Shown piece by piece: positions 18,459-27,788 of a DNA stretch of 64,000 nucleotides. The DNA lies in NCBI GenBank assembly GCA_038230375.1, contig JBBRNJ010000043.1, positions 10,435 to 74,434 on the forward strand, read 5' to 3'. The notes beneath the pieces were generated by a model. It did not search any database. It saw nothing but the letters and a program-made list of their open reading frames with translations, and had not been told where the DNA came from. A program made the translations under genes and the position numbers. Position 1 is the first letter of the stretch. Every line of letters starts with the position of its first letter. This stretch comes from Polyangiales bacterium. Lineage in GTDB: Bacteria; Myxococcota_A; Polyangia; Polyangiales; Polyangiaceae.

Positions 18459-19031
18459 ATGCGGCGCTCGTCCTGGATCTTGGGGCTCGTGGTTTGTGTG
18501 GTGGCTTGTAACCGCGAGGGATCGTCTGGAGCTCCTGGTGGTGCGGGTGCGGGTGCGGGTGCGGGCACGGGCACGGGCACGGGGAGTGTGGGGATTGCTA
18601 GCGCGGCTCCTGAGGCTTCGGTGGCGAAGACTCCCGTGGAGATGGTGACTCTGCCGGATGTGTTCATTGCGGAGGTAGGGTCGACCACGCTCCATGTGGC
18701 GTGGAAGATTCCCGCTGGGACCGGGATCAACGACGAGGCTCCGTTTCATGTTCGATGGACCACCAGCGTTGGGCTTGCGGAGGTTCCCCCCGAGGCGAAG
18801 AGCAAGGGCGCCGATGTTCGCGCTGGGTTCGACATCACCGTGGCTCCGCTGCCCGGTGAGCCCGCAGCGCACCTTGGTGGCACGCTCTCCGTTGTCGTGT
18901 GCGACTCGGAGACCCACAAGGTCTGCTTGCCTGTGCAGCGCCGCATCGAGGTCACCTTCTCCGTGCAGAAGGGCGGCAAGCAGAAGGTGTTCGCAGAGGT
19001 CGCGCTCCCCGCCGCACGCCCGCAGGGCTAG
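18459..19031 (+). CDS. Lipoprotein, DsbD N-terminal-like domain
   Basis: Lipobox VVAC, GA/GT linker, IN.EAP and VCD....VC motif. Confidence 0.65.
   Translation: MRRSSWILGLVVCVVACNREGSSGAPGGAGAGAGAGTGTGTGSVGIASAAPEASVAKTPVEMVTLPDVFIAEVGSTTLHVAWKIPAGTGINDEAPFHVRWTTSVGLAEVPPEAKSKGADVRAGFDITVAPLPGEPAAHLGGTLSVVVCDSETHKVCLPVQRRIEVTFSVQKGGKQKVFAEVALPAARPQG
18540..18581. repeat. Hexamer microsatellite (GGTGCG)4(GGCACG)3 encoding a GA/GT linker
   Basis: Seen directly in the sequence. Confidence 0.9.
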
Positions 19032-19043
19032 AGGCACACGCCG

Positions 19044-20450
19044 TCAGGGAGCGAGCGCGGTCTTCAGCGGCTTGCCGTCGGCTTCGGGTAGCTCGAGATC
19101 GAGCAGCGTCGCGATCGTCGGCGCGACGTCGATCATGTCCACCTCTCCCAGGTCGCCGCGTCGGACGCCGTCACCCCAGAAGAACAGGGTGGCGCCCATC
19201 TCCGGCATCTCTGGCTGGTAGCCATGCGCGCCCTTGTAGGTGGACTTCACGACCATCGGTGGCTCCCACGATTCGCCGAAGACGTACCCGGGCCGCGCGA
19301 GCAACACACACGTCGCGCTCTTGCCCGCGAACACGCCGTCGGTCTCTTCGTTGGTGAGCACGCGCGCGATGCCGTTCGACGGCTCCTTTGCGAGCTTCGT
19401 GAACAGGTCCGTCGCGGCCTTCGCAGACGCGGTGTCCTTTGGGTCGTGCGGCACGATCGCGGCGGTCGCTCCGGCCTTCCACGTGATCATCTTGTAGGAG
19501 GTGAGCTTGGTGCCCGTGGTGGTGAGGAGCCTCTGGCCCTTCAACGCCACGTTGGGACGCACCTCCTTCGATACGTGAGCGAAGCCGTGGTCCGAGACCA
19601 GCGCGAGCGTCGGCGGCGTTGCCCCGTATGCGGACAGAAGCTCACCCACGTAGCCGTCGATGCTCTTCAGCGTCCGCAGCGCCTCCGCCGACATGGGACC
19701 GCGCTCGTGCTCCACGGTGTCCAGATCCGTGAGGTATACAAACATCAGCCGCGGGTGGTGATCGCGGATGATCTCGAGCGCCGCGTCGGTCCGCTCTCGA
19801 TCTCCGCGATGCTCCGCCGGCGGTGTCTTCCCGCTGTGGAGGAGGCCGCGTGTGGTGAGCGCGCGCAGGAGCTTGTCGTCCTCGTCCGTCTTCGCGCGCC
19901 ACATCTGCGGCACCGAGAACGGGATGTCCGCGCCCACGGTGACGGGCCAGTAGACGTTGCCAACCTCGATGCCGCTCTTCCGCGCCACGTCCCATAGCGT
20001 GGGGACCTTGATGTCGGACGCGTACCAGTACCAGCCGTGCTCGTTCTTGTTGTACGGGTCGAACACCACGTTGTTGACGACGCCGTGGTGTGCCGGTTGC
20101 GCGCCGGTGATCAGCGTGGTGTGCGCGGGGTACGTCATGGTCGGCCACACGCTCTTGAGGCTCTTCGCGGCGGCGCCCTCGTCGCGAAGATGACGCAGCA
20201 TCGGGGCCCGTGCGGCATCGTCGAGATAGTCGTGTCGCAATCCGTCGATAGAGATAACGAGAACGTTACGTGCGGCCGGAGCAGCACCCGCGACCACGCC
20301 CCCATCGCTGAGGGCGCTCGCCTCCGGAGCGGCACCAGTCTCCACCGTGCTGGGCGGGTTTCCGGCCGGTCGCGTGGCCTCCTGTGGTGGACCGCCGCAC
20401 GCGAAAAGGACCACGGCAGCGCAGCATCCGGCACGAAGCGTCGTCTTCAC
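19044..20450 (-). CDS. Alkaline phosphatase superfamily nucleotide pyrophosphatase/phosphodiesterase, lipoprotein
   Basis: Lipobox LFAC, ISIDG, PTMTYPAH, DTVEH, SDHG, GAHGY. Confidence 0.92.
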   Translation of the reverse strand: MKTTLRAGCCAAVVLFACGGPPQEATRPAGNPPSTVETGAAPEASALSDGGVVAGAAPAARNVLVISIDGLRHDYLDDAARAPMLRHLRDEGAAAKSLKSVWPTMTYPAHTTLITGAQPAHHGVVNNVVFDPYNKNEHGWYWYASDIKVPTLWDVARKSGIEVGNVYWPVTVGADIPFSVPQMWRAKTDEDDKLLRALTTRGLLHSGKTPPAEHRGDRERTDAALEIIRDHHPRLMFVYLTDLDTVEHERGPMSAEALRTLKSIDGYVGELLSAYGATPPTLALVSDHGFAHVSKEVRPNVALKGQRLLTTTGTKLTSYKMITWKAGATAAIVPHDPKDTASAKAATDLFTKLAKEPSNGIARVLTNEETDGVFAGKSATCVLLARPGYVFGESWEPPMVVKSTYKGAHGYQPEMPEMGATLFFWGDGVRRGDLGEVDMIDVAPTIATLLDLELPEADGKPLKTALAP

Positions 20451-20585
20451 GGGGCATCTATACCCCGAGCGGAGCGACAGCATCCGCACGAACGCGCGTT
20501 ACTGCCGTAACGGGCAGCGCGCAAATCCGCGAACGCATGCCGAACGTAGCTGGATCGGGGCTTGCGTACAGGCCTCCGAACCCCC

Positions 20586-21764
20586 ATGGCCCTCGACGGA
20601 TTCTTGCTCAGCTTGCACGCGCTCGTGGACACCCACGACGCCGAGGCATGGGCGTGGAGCCGCACCCTGGCCGCCGAGGGGTTCACCGTTCCTGGCGACC
20701 GCCTTGCTGCCGCGCTCATCAGGGATCCGGACGATCTCGTGTTCACGCTCCTGGGCGCGAAGGTGGAGGCCATGCGCGGCGCGCGTCTCCGTGTGGCCAA
20801 GCGTGACACGTTCCTGGACTACCTGGGCTCCTCGGGAGCGGCGCCCGTGACCCATGCGCGCGAGCTGCTCCGCGAGCTGCACCGGCGTGGGATCGAGACT
20901 GCGCTCGTTGGCGCGCTGGACGCGGACGAGCTGCGCGCCGTGGAGCAGGCCAGCGGCGTCGCGTGGACGCGGGAGATCGACGCCGTCGCGTTGCCAGCGG
21001 AGGGCACACGTCACTCCATCAAGGAGGCGCTCTCGATCCTCCACATGACGCCCGCGCAGTGCGCGTTCCTGGGTCGCGCGTGGAGCGAGGTGCGCGTGGC
21101 CCACCAGATGGGTGTCGTGCCCGTGGCCACGACGCAGGGGCGCGGCGCTCGGTCCGCGCTCGCGCGTGCGGGCGCTCGTGTGGTGAAGGACGATCTGCAC
21201 GCGCTCACGATCCGGCTCGATCGCACGCTTCGTGTAGTGTCGCCGTCGATCACCCGGTTCGGTGCCCCGGTCCTGGAGGCGCTCATGCGCGAGGCGATCA
21301 CGCTTGCAGAGCAGAACCTGGCGCAGTTTCGCGCGCCGTTGGGCGCTGTCGTGGCGTCGGGCACCGGCGAGATCAAGGGACGTGGCCGCGACCTCTCGGA
21401 CACCCATGGTGGGCTCGCGCACGCAGAGATGGAGGCGCTGCGCGTGGGCCTGCCGCAGCTGCGTCGCGGTGAGGGCGCGATCCTCGCGACCACCACTGCT
21501 CCGTGCCCCATGTGCCTTGCCGCCGCTGCCGAGTGTGGGATCGACACCGTCATCTTCGGGAGCGCTGGCGCCACACGCGCGTCGTCGATCCGGCTGTCCG
21601 GAGGAGCGTTCAGCTCCGCGCTTCCGCGGATGGTCGGCGGCGTCCTCGAACAAGAATGCGACGCTCTTCACAAGCGCTTCCGTGCAGCGGACGAGTCCGG
21701 CGCGCGCCTCACGCGATCGCGAGAGCCCGGCGCAGCGCGCGTGGCCGACCGCGCGACCAAGTAG
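20586..21764 (+). CDS. Degenerate HAD-like domain fused to a zinc-dependent nucleoside (TadA-like) deaminase
   Basis: C-terminus has PLGAVV, HAE and PCPMC. N-terminus is HAD-like (LVDTH...AW, ARELLRELHRRGI) but has no DxD. Confidence 0.75.
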   Translation: MALDGFLLSLHALVDTHDAEAWAWSRTLAAEGFTVPGDRLAAALIRDPDDLVFTLLGAKVEAMRGARLRVAKRDTFLDYLGSSGAAPVTHARELLRELHRRGIETALVGALDADELRAVEQASGVAWTREIDAVALPAEGTRHSIKEALSILHMTPAQCAFLGRAWSEVRVAHQMGVVPVATTQGRGARSALARAGARVVKDDLHALTIRLDRTLRVVSPSITRFGAPVLEALMREAITLAEQNLAQFRAPLGAVVASGTGEIKGRGRDLSDTHGGLAHAEMEALRVGLPQLRRGEGAILATTTAPCPMCLAAAAECGIDTVIFGSAGATRASSIRLSGGAFSSALPRMVGGVLEQECDALHKRFRAADESGARLTRSREPGAARVADRATK

Positions 21765-21824
21765 AGCGAACGATCTCGGAGCCCCACGTTTGCTTGCGTG
21801 GATGAGCTGCGATATAAACGCATC

Positions 21825-22499
21825 ATGTCCAGCGTCAGACGGGGGGCGGCCATTGCCGCGATGGGCGTTCTTGCCTCGCTGTCATCCATCATCGCCGCGT
21901 GCGTGGGTGACGCCTCCACGACCGACTCGCAGAGCGATTCGGGCGCGAGCTCCGACAGCGCGGCGCCGGGCGCCGACGGTGGCGCAACCCAGGACGCAGG
22001 CACGAGCGGATCGAGCGAGGGCGGAGCGACACCGGCGGACGGCGGCTGCGTGGCGGGAGAAAAGCACTGCGACGGCCTCGCGCTCCAGAACTGCAACGCC
22101 GACGGCAAAGCGTTCGTCACGATCGAGCAATGCCAGACGGCCGCGCTCTGCACCAAGAGCCCGGCTGATCATTGTCTCGCGCCCGCATGCAGCACGGACC
22201 AGGTCCGCTGCAACGTCGCGGCCCTGGAAAAATGTGCGCCCGGTCGCGACGGATACGTGCTCGTGTCGCAGTGCGCGTCCGTTCCGCTTTGCAGCGCGCA
22301 GGATGGCGGCTCTTGCACGCCGCCAGCGTGCGCCATCAACGACCTGATGTGCATGGTCTGCGCCAATATGGCTGCGAATGACTGCCTGATGATGTGCAAG
22401 GCAGATCGGACCGGCTTCGTGCTGAAGCAAGACTGCGGGCTTGCGCAGGGGAAGCCGAACGACGAGTCCTGCAATCCGGTCACGCTCGCCTGCCAGTGA
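21825..22499 (+). CDS. Cys-rich lipoprotein
   Basis: Lipobox IAAC, DGG/DAG linker, about three Cys-rich repeats. Confidence 0.8.
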   Translation: MSSVRRGAAIAAMGVLASLSSIIAACVGDASTTDSQSDSGASSDSAAPGADGGATQDAGTSGSSEGGATPADGGCVAGEKHCDGLALQNCNADGKAFVTIEQCQTAALCTKSPADHCLAPACSTDQVRCNVAALEKCAPGRDGYVLVSQCASVPLCSAQDGGSCTPPACAINDLMCMVCANMAANDCLMMCKADRTGFVLKQDCGLAQGKPNDESCNPVTLACQ

Positions 22500-22583
22500 G
22501 CGGCGCGCATGCGCGCGACAACGTTGTCGCGTGACGCGACAATATTGTCGGGTGGAATCCGGGCGATGATAGAATCGCACGCG

Positions 22584-23087
22584 ATGCGGATTCCGTGCAC
22601 AAGGGGCGCGCTCGTGCTTCTTCTTGGCCTCTTCGCCGCCGGTTGTCAGAAGTCCTATCAGTGTCCCGAGGGCGAGAAGGACAAGTCGCAGCTCGACAAA
22701 TGGAAGGCCATGGGCGTTCCCACCGACAAGCCCGGCGTGATCGTGTGCGAGGCGTCCGAGCAGAACTTCAACGGCGCGATTCCGAGCCCGCCGCACGAGA
22801 AGGACATGCTGAGCACGCTCGAGACAAGGTGGAAGGGCGACGGCTGGAAAGACTCCATCCTCAAAGGCTACGTGCCCCGGACCGACGACGTGAGCGCGTC
22901 ACGCAAGTACGAGAAGTGCGGCGAGCCCCAGAACCCGCTCGGCGAGCGCTTCGTGGACTGCACCGGCGAGCTCTCCCTGGAGATCAGCGAGCTCCCGTCG
23001 AACCTGGTGGGGAAGCCGTTTCTCTTGTGGGTCGACCACAGGCCCAACCTCAAGAGCCATCACGTGCTCACGGGGACGGGGCACTGA
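22584..23087 (+). CDS. Hypothetical lipoprotein
   Basis: Signal peptide with FAAGC lipobox; typical codon usage. Confidence 0.75.
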   Translation: MRIPCTRGALVLLLGLFAAGCQKSYQCPEGEKDKSQLDKWKAMGVPTDKPGVIVCEASEQNFNGAIPSPPHEKDMLSTLETRWKGDGWKDSILKGYVPRTDDVSASRKYEKCGEPQNPLGERFVDCTGELSLEISELPSNLVGKPFLLWVDHRPNLKSHHVLTGTGH

Positions 23088-23436
23088 AAAGGTAGAACTC
23101 GTTCCCGTCCGGATCGCGGAAGTGCGCGCGTCGATCAGGGCCCGTGCCCTGGAGAACGAAGACGATGCCGCGGTTCTCGAGCACGGCGACCACGTCATCG
23201 AGCTGACCCTTTGCGCGCAGACCGATCATGGTGTCGGGCATCACGGTCGCGAGGTCGGCGATCGGCCGGTTTTCCCGTCTGCCGGACAGCAGGACGATGA
23301 TGAGATTGTCGCCCGCGTCGAGGGTGACGGTGCGCGCGTTCTGCGCGACGAGCTTCATGCCGAGCGTCTCGAGGTAGAACCGCGCAGCACGCCCGAGATC
23401 GGTCACGGCGAGCGTGACGTGGCCCCCGGCGATCAT
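23068..23436 (-). CDS. VOC/glyoxalase family protein
   Basis: HVTLAVTDL...FY...LG, FRDPDGN. Confidence 0.9.
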   Translation of the reverse strand: MIAGGHVTLAVTDLGRAARFYLETLGMKLVAQNARTVTLDAGDNLIIVLLSGRRENRPIADLATVMPDTMIGLRAKGQLDDVVAVLENRGIVFVLQGTGPDRRAHFRDPDGNEFYLFSAPSP

Positions 23437-23732
23437 GACGAGGACGGCATCTGGTGACTGAGCTTCTTGATGCCGTCGGCGAAGAGGACCTCGACGCGGA
23501 GGCCTTCCACTGCGACGACGACGCCCTTGCCGAACTTCGGGTGCGTGATGAGCGCGCCCTTCGCGTACGTGGCTGTCATGGCGAATGGCGCGAACAGGTC
23601 GTCCGTCTTGCCCTCCATGTGCTGCTCGTAGTTGAGCTCGGGTGCCTTGGTCTTCTTGAAGTACGTGTCGTCGTCGGTGCCTGTGTCGCGGCTCGTGCCG
23701 GACGTCCGCGCCTTGGAGCGTTTCATCGACAT
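23433..23732 (-). CDS. Hypothetical protein with Tudor/SH3-like HPKFGKG motif
   Basis: ITHPKFGKGVV...VEVLFADGIKKL. Start is uncertain (23726 or 23732). Confidence 0.75.
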   Translation of the reverse strand: MSMKRSKARTSGTSRDTGTDDDTYFKKTKAPELNYEQHMEGKTDDLFAPFAMTATYAKGALITHPKFGKGVVVAVEGLRVEVLFADGIKKLSHQMPSSS

Positions 23733-23811
23733 GCGGCGCCTTCTAGCGCAGTTTCCGGATTCCTGCACGGCGCCCTTGTGCCCGGGGCGACAACGCTATG
23801 AAATGGCGCGC

Positions 23812-25854
23812 ATGTCCGCACAGAAGGTGCCCACGGCGCAACACGCCGCGCTGGTCTCGGAGATAGACGCTCACAACTACCGCTACTACGTGCTCGACGA
23901 TCCGAGCGTGACGGATGCGGCGTTCGACGCGCTGATGAAGAAGCTCCGCGCGCTGGAGGAAGAGCACCCGGAGCTGCGCACGGCGCACTCTCCCACGCAG
24001 CGGGTCGGCGGTACTGCGCGCACCACCGTGGCGAAGGTGAAGCACGAGGTGCGGATGTTCTCGCTCGACAACGCCTACTCGAAGGAGGACATGAACGAGT
24101 TCTTCGATCGCGTGCGCACCGGCCTGCCCGACGCGGAGACGCCCGAGTTCGTGGTGGAGCCCAAGCTGGACGGCGCGAGCCTGGAGGTGATCTACGAGAA
24201 CGGCCGATTGATCTCCGCATCCACGCGCGGCGACGGCGAGACCGGCGAGGACATCACCGAGAACGTGCGCACGATCCGCGGCGTCCCGAGCGCGATCCGT
24301 CACGCCGGGAGGATCACGCTGCGCGGCGAGATCCTGATCTACCGCAAGGATCTCGTGAAGCTCAACGTGGAGCGCGAGGAGGAAGGCCTGGAGCCGTTCT
24401 CGAACCCGCGCAACGCGGCGGCCGGTGCGGTGCGCATGAACGATCCGAAGGAGGTCGCGGCCCGTCCGCTGCGAGCGCTGTTCTACCAGCTGGTGGAGGG
24501 CGACAAGATGCATGCGTCGCACGCGGAGTCGCTCACGTTCATGGCGGAGCAAGGGCTGCCCACGCACCGCAAGGAAGAGCTCGCGAACGAGGACGGCGTG
24601 TTCGCCCTCATCGAGAAGGTCGACGCCGCGCGCCCGCATTATCCCTACGAGACCGACGGCGCAGTGGTGAAGGTGAGCTCCTACAAGCAAGAGGGCATGC
24701 TCGGCTTCACGTCGAAGTTTCCCAAGTGGGCGATCGCCTACAAATTCGCGCCTGAGCGCACCTCCACGAAGGTGCTCTCGATCGAGATCAACGTGGGCCG
24801 CACGGGGGCTCTCACGCCCGTCTGCGTGTGCGACCCGGTGGAGCTGTCGGGCACCACGGTGTCGCGCGCGAGCCTCCACAACGAAGATCAGATCGAGCGA
24901 CTGGGTATCCGCGTGGGCGACCGCGTCTTCATCGAGAAGGCCGGCGAGATCATCCCCCAGGTCGTCTCCGTGGATCTCACCGCGCGCGATCCGAAGAGCG
25001 TGCCCTACGAGATGCCGGAGGCGTGCCCGGTCTGCAACACGAAGGCCGTTCGCGGGCTCAAGGACGAGGCGTCGCCGGAGCTCGGCGAAGAGGCCACGCG
25101 CAAGTGCCCGAACAAGAACTGCCCCGCGCAGGTGGACGCGCGCATCCATCACTACTCGCGCCGCTTCTCGATGGACGTCGATCACCTTGGCATCGCCATC
25201 ATCGAGCAGCTCACGCGCGCGGGCCTGGTCTCCTCGGTCCCGGATCTCTACACGCTCACCGTGGACGCGGTGAAGAAGCTCGAACGCCACGGCGAGAAGA
25301 GCGCGAAGAACCTCGTGTCGTCGATCGCCGCATCGAAGGAGCGCACGCTGGACCGGCTGCTCTGTGGCCTGGGGATCCCGCAGGTCGGGCAGGTCGCGGC
25401 AAAGCAGCTCGCGGAGGACCTCATCTCGTTGCCGCAGATCCGAGCGCTGTCTCCAGAGGCGCTACGCGAGCGCGTCGCCGGCATCCATGGCTTCGGCCCC
25501 AAGATGGTGGACTCCGTGGTCGAGTTCTTCGCGGACCCGGACGAGATCGCGCTCATGGATCGCCTCATTGCGCTCGACGTGGGTCGGCCGCAGCCTGTCG
25601 CCAAGGTCGCGACCGAAGGGCCGCTGGTGGGCAAATCGTTCTGCGTGACCGGCGTGCTGACGGAGAAGCGCGAGACCGTGCATGAGCGTTTGCGGGCCGC
25701 GGGCGCGGAGATCCACGACTCCGTGAAGAAGAACACCTGCTATCTCGTCGCCGGAGAGAAGACCGGCAAGACCAAGCTCGATCAGGCGAAGAAGTTCGGC
25801 GCCATCGTCATCGACGAAGCCCGACTCAACGCGCTCATCGCGGGCGAGGCTTGA
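23812..25854 (+). CDS. ligA: NAD-dependent DNA ligase
   Basis: YYVLDDP, MFSLDN, EPKLDG, RGE, NPRNAAAG, DGAVVK, VGRTG, KAGEIIP, zinc finger, C-terminal BRCT. Confidence 0.97.
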   Translation: MSAQKVPTAQHAALVSEIDAHNYRYYVLDDPSVTDAAFDALMKKLRALEEEHPELRTAHSPTQRVGGTARTTVAKVKHEVRMFSLDNAYSKEDMNEFFDRVRTGLPDAETPEFVVEPKLDGASLEVIYENGRLISASTRGDGETGEDITENVRTIRGVPSAIRHAGRITLRGEILIYRKDLVKLNVEREEEGLEPFSNPRNAAAGAVRMNDPKEVAARPLRALFYQLVEGDKMHASHAESLTFMAEQGLPTHRKEELANEDGVFALIEKVDAARPHYPYETDGAVVKVSSYKQEGMLGFTSKFPKWAIAYKFAPERTSTKVLSIEINVGRTGALTPVCVCDPVELSGTTVSRASLHNEDQIERLGIRVGDRVFIEKAGEIIPQVVSVDLTARDPKSVPYEMPEACPVCNTKAVRGLKDEASPELGEEATRKCPNKNCPAQVDARIHHYSRRFSMDVDHLGIAIIEQLTRAGLVSSVPDLYTLTVDAVKKLERHGEKSAKNLVSSIAASKERTLDRLLCGLGIPQVGQVAAKQLAEDLISLPQIRALSPEALRERVAGIHGFGPKMVDSVVEFFADPDEIALMDRLIALDVGRPQPVAKVATEGPLVGKSFCVTGVLTEKRETVHERLRAAGAEIHDSVKKNTCYLVAGEKTGKTKLDQAKKFGAIVIDEARLNALIAGEA

Positions 25855-27541
25855 GTCGCGGGTCGTCGAGCGTGCCGATGTCCTCCGTCACCTTTCGCGT
25901 GCGGAGATCATCCTCGTCGTCCTCGTCGTCGTCGAAGATGCCGGGCCGCTGCACGAGCGGCTCGGGGCGCGGCTTCGCGAGCGGTTCGGTTCGCGGCTTC
26001 ACCATGGGCGAGAGATCGGGGCGACGCAGCTTGGTGTGTGAGTCATCCTCGACCCAGTCGCCCTTGTCGGCAGGGGCCGAGCGCGACTGCGAGGGCGGCG
26101 GTGCGTGCGGACCGCTTGCGCGCGACGGCTGGTAGATCTCGGTCGGGAGCTCGTCCTCCCATTCTGCTGCACGTCGCAGCGCTTCCGACGGCCGCGGCTG
26201 TGCCGGACCGGTCGCGCTCTCCGAGAACTCGACGTGGATCTCCAGATCCGAAGGCCGATCCGGCGGGGGGGGCGGCGGCGGTGGCGGCGGCGGGGCGGGC
26301 GGGGCTGACGGCGGACGCCTTCGATGTCGCTGGTTGTTCGCGACCAGGGTCTCGTCCATGTCGCGCGGGATGCCACCCTCCTTGCGCGTCGGCGCCTGGA
26401 GGATCGGCGGCAGATCGTCCGCGATCGACCGGCGCTGTGGTGGCTTCGGGAGCGGCTGCGCGGGCGTTCGCAGGCCGATGAGGTCGCGCTGCATCTCGCT
26501 CGCGTTCGCGTAGCGGTTCTCGCGGTCGCCGGCCATCGCCCGCTGCACGACGGCCTCGAACGCGGGTGACAGCTCCGGCAAGAGCTCGCGCGGCGGCTTG
26601 TACGTGCCCGAGATGATCTTCAGGAGCAGCGCGTTGTAGTTCGGCGCAAGGAACGGGCGACGCCCCGTGACGGCCTCGTACATGACCACGCCGCAGGCGT
26701 AGATGTCGACGCGCGCATCCAGGTTTCGCTCGCCGCTCGCCTGCTCCGGCGACATGTAATAGGGCGTCCCCATCACCATGCCGGTGCGCGTGAGGTCCAG
26801 CTCTTCGCCTTCGGCTTCTGCGCCGCGCGCGACCTTGGAGACACCAAAGTCCACGACCTTCACGATGTCGCTCGCGCCCGACCGCCGCGCGATGAAGATG
26901 TTGTCCGGCTTGATGTCGCGGTGAACGATGCCCTTGTCGTGCGCCGCGCCCAGACCCGAGAGCGCCTGGATGATGATCTCCACGACGTCATCCGCGGAGA
27001 GGCGCGTCTCCTTCTGGAGGCGCTGGGCGAGGGTCCTGCCCGTGAGCTTCTCCATCACGAGGTACGGGCTGCCGTCGTCGAGCGAGCCCAGATCGTACAC
27101 CTCGCAGATGTTCGGATGCCCGATGGAGCCGGCCGCGCGTGCCTCCTGCTGGAAGCGCTTCACGGCGGTCTTCTTGCGCGCCTGCGACGGGTTCAGGACC
27201 TTGATCGCGACGGTGCGCTTCAGGCCCAGGTGCTCGGCCTCGAAGACGGTGCCCATGCCTCCCGAGCCCAGCACGTCGCGCAGCAGGTAGCGCCCACCGA
27301 GCGTCTTGCCCAGCATGTCGCGCGGGACGTCGAGAGGCGCAAACCCCGACTCACCGGACCCGTCCGACCCTTGCGCGGCCTTCTGCGGCTGCTGCTGGCC
27401 CGGAGCCGGGGGGCGGTTGGATGCGGGCCCCTTCGGGCTGCTGGCCCCGACGTCGATCGCGAGCCCTGTGGAAGGACACACCCGCACGACGGCGTCGTGA
27501 GGCATCTTGCAGTGGGGACATCGGATGAAGCTATGCGCCAA
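25835..27541 (-). CDS. Ser/Thr protein kinase with N-terminal zinc ribbon and Pro-rich tail
   Basis: CPHC...CP, LGSGGMG, VAIK, HRDIKPDN, DFG, GTPYYMSPEQ. Start is uncertain. Confidence 0.92.
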   Translation of the reverse strand: MAHSFIRCPHCKMPHDAVVRVCPSTGLAIDVGASSPKGPASNRPPAPGQQQPQKAAQGSDGSGESGFAPLDVPRDMLGKTLGGRYLLRDVLGSGGMGTVFEAEHLGLKRTVAIKVLNPSQARKKTAVKRFQQEARAAGSIGHPNICEVYDLGSLDDGSPYLVMEKLTGRTLAQRLQKETRLSADDVVEIIIQALSGLGAAHDKGIVHRDIKPDNIFIARRSGASDIVKVVDFGVSKVARGAEAEGEELDLTRTGMVMGTPYYMSPEQASGERNLDARVDIYACGVVMYEAVTGRRPFLAPNYNALLLKIISGTYKPPRELLPELSPAFEAVVQRAMAGDRENRYANASEMQRDLIGLRTPAQPLPKPPQRRSIADDLPPILQAPTRKEGGIPRDMDETLVANNQRHRRRPPSAPPAPPPPPPPPPPPDRPSDLEIHVEFSESATGPAQPRPSEALRRAAEWEDELPTEIYQPSRASGPHAPPPSQSRSAPADKGDWVEDDSHTKLRRPDLSPMVKPRTEPLAKPRPEPLVQRPGIFDDDEDDEDDLRTRKVTEDIGTLDDPRLKPRPR

Positions 27542-27788
27542 GGTCGGTCCACTTCGAGGGTATCGCGAGCGCGCGCCCGGCCACAACCCATCGCATCATC
27601 TTAAGGGATGGTCATGGGCGCCACGCCGCTTGCGGGAGCGCCGACCGCGGTCGTCCGTGGTCAGCTGCCGGTCACCTCGAGGTCTGTGCTGGGGGGCCGC
27701 GCATCGGGACGTCGATGCACGAAATGCCTCGAAAACTGCAAGATCGCGAGCAGCCGCAGCTTGGCCCGAACGGTGCTGACCCACGTGC

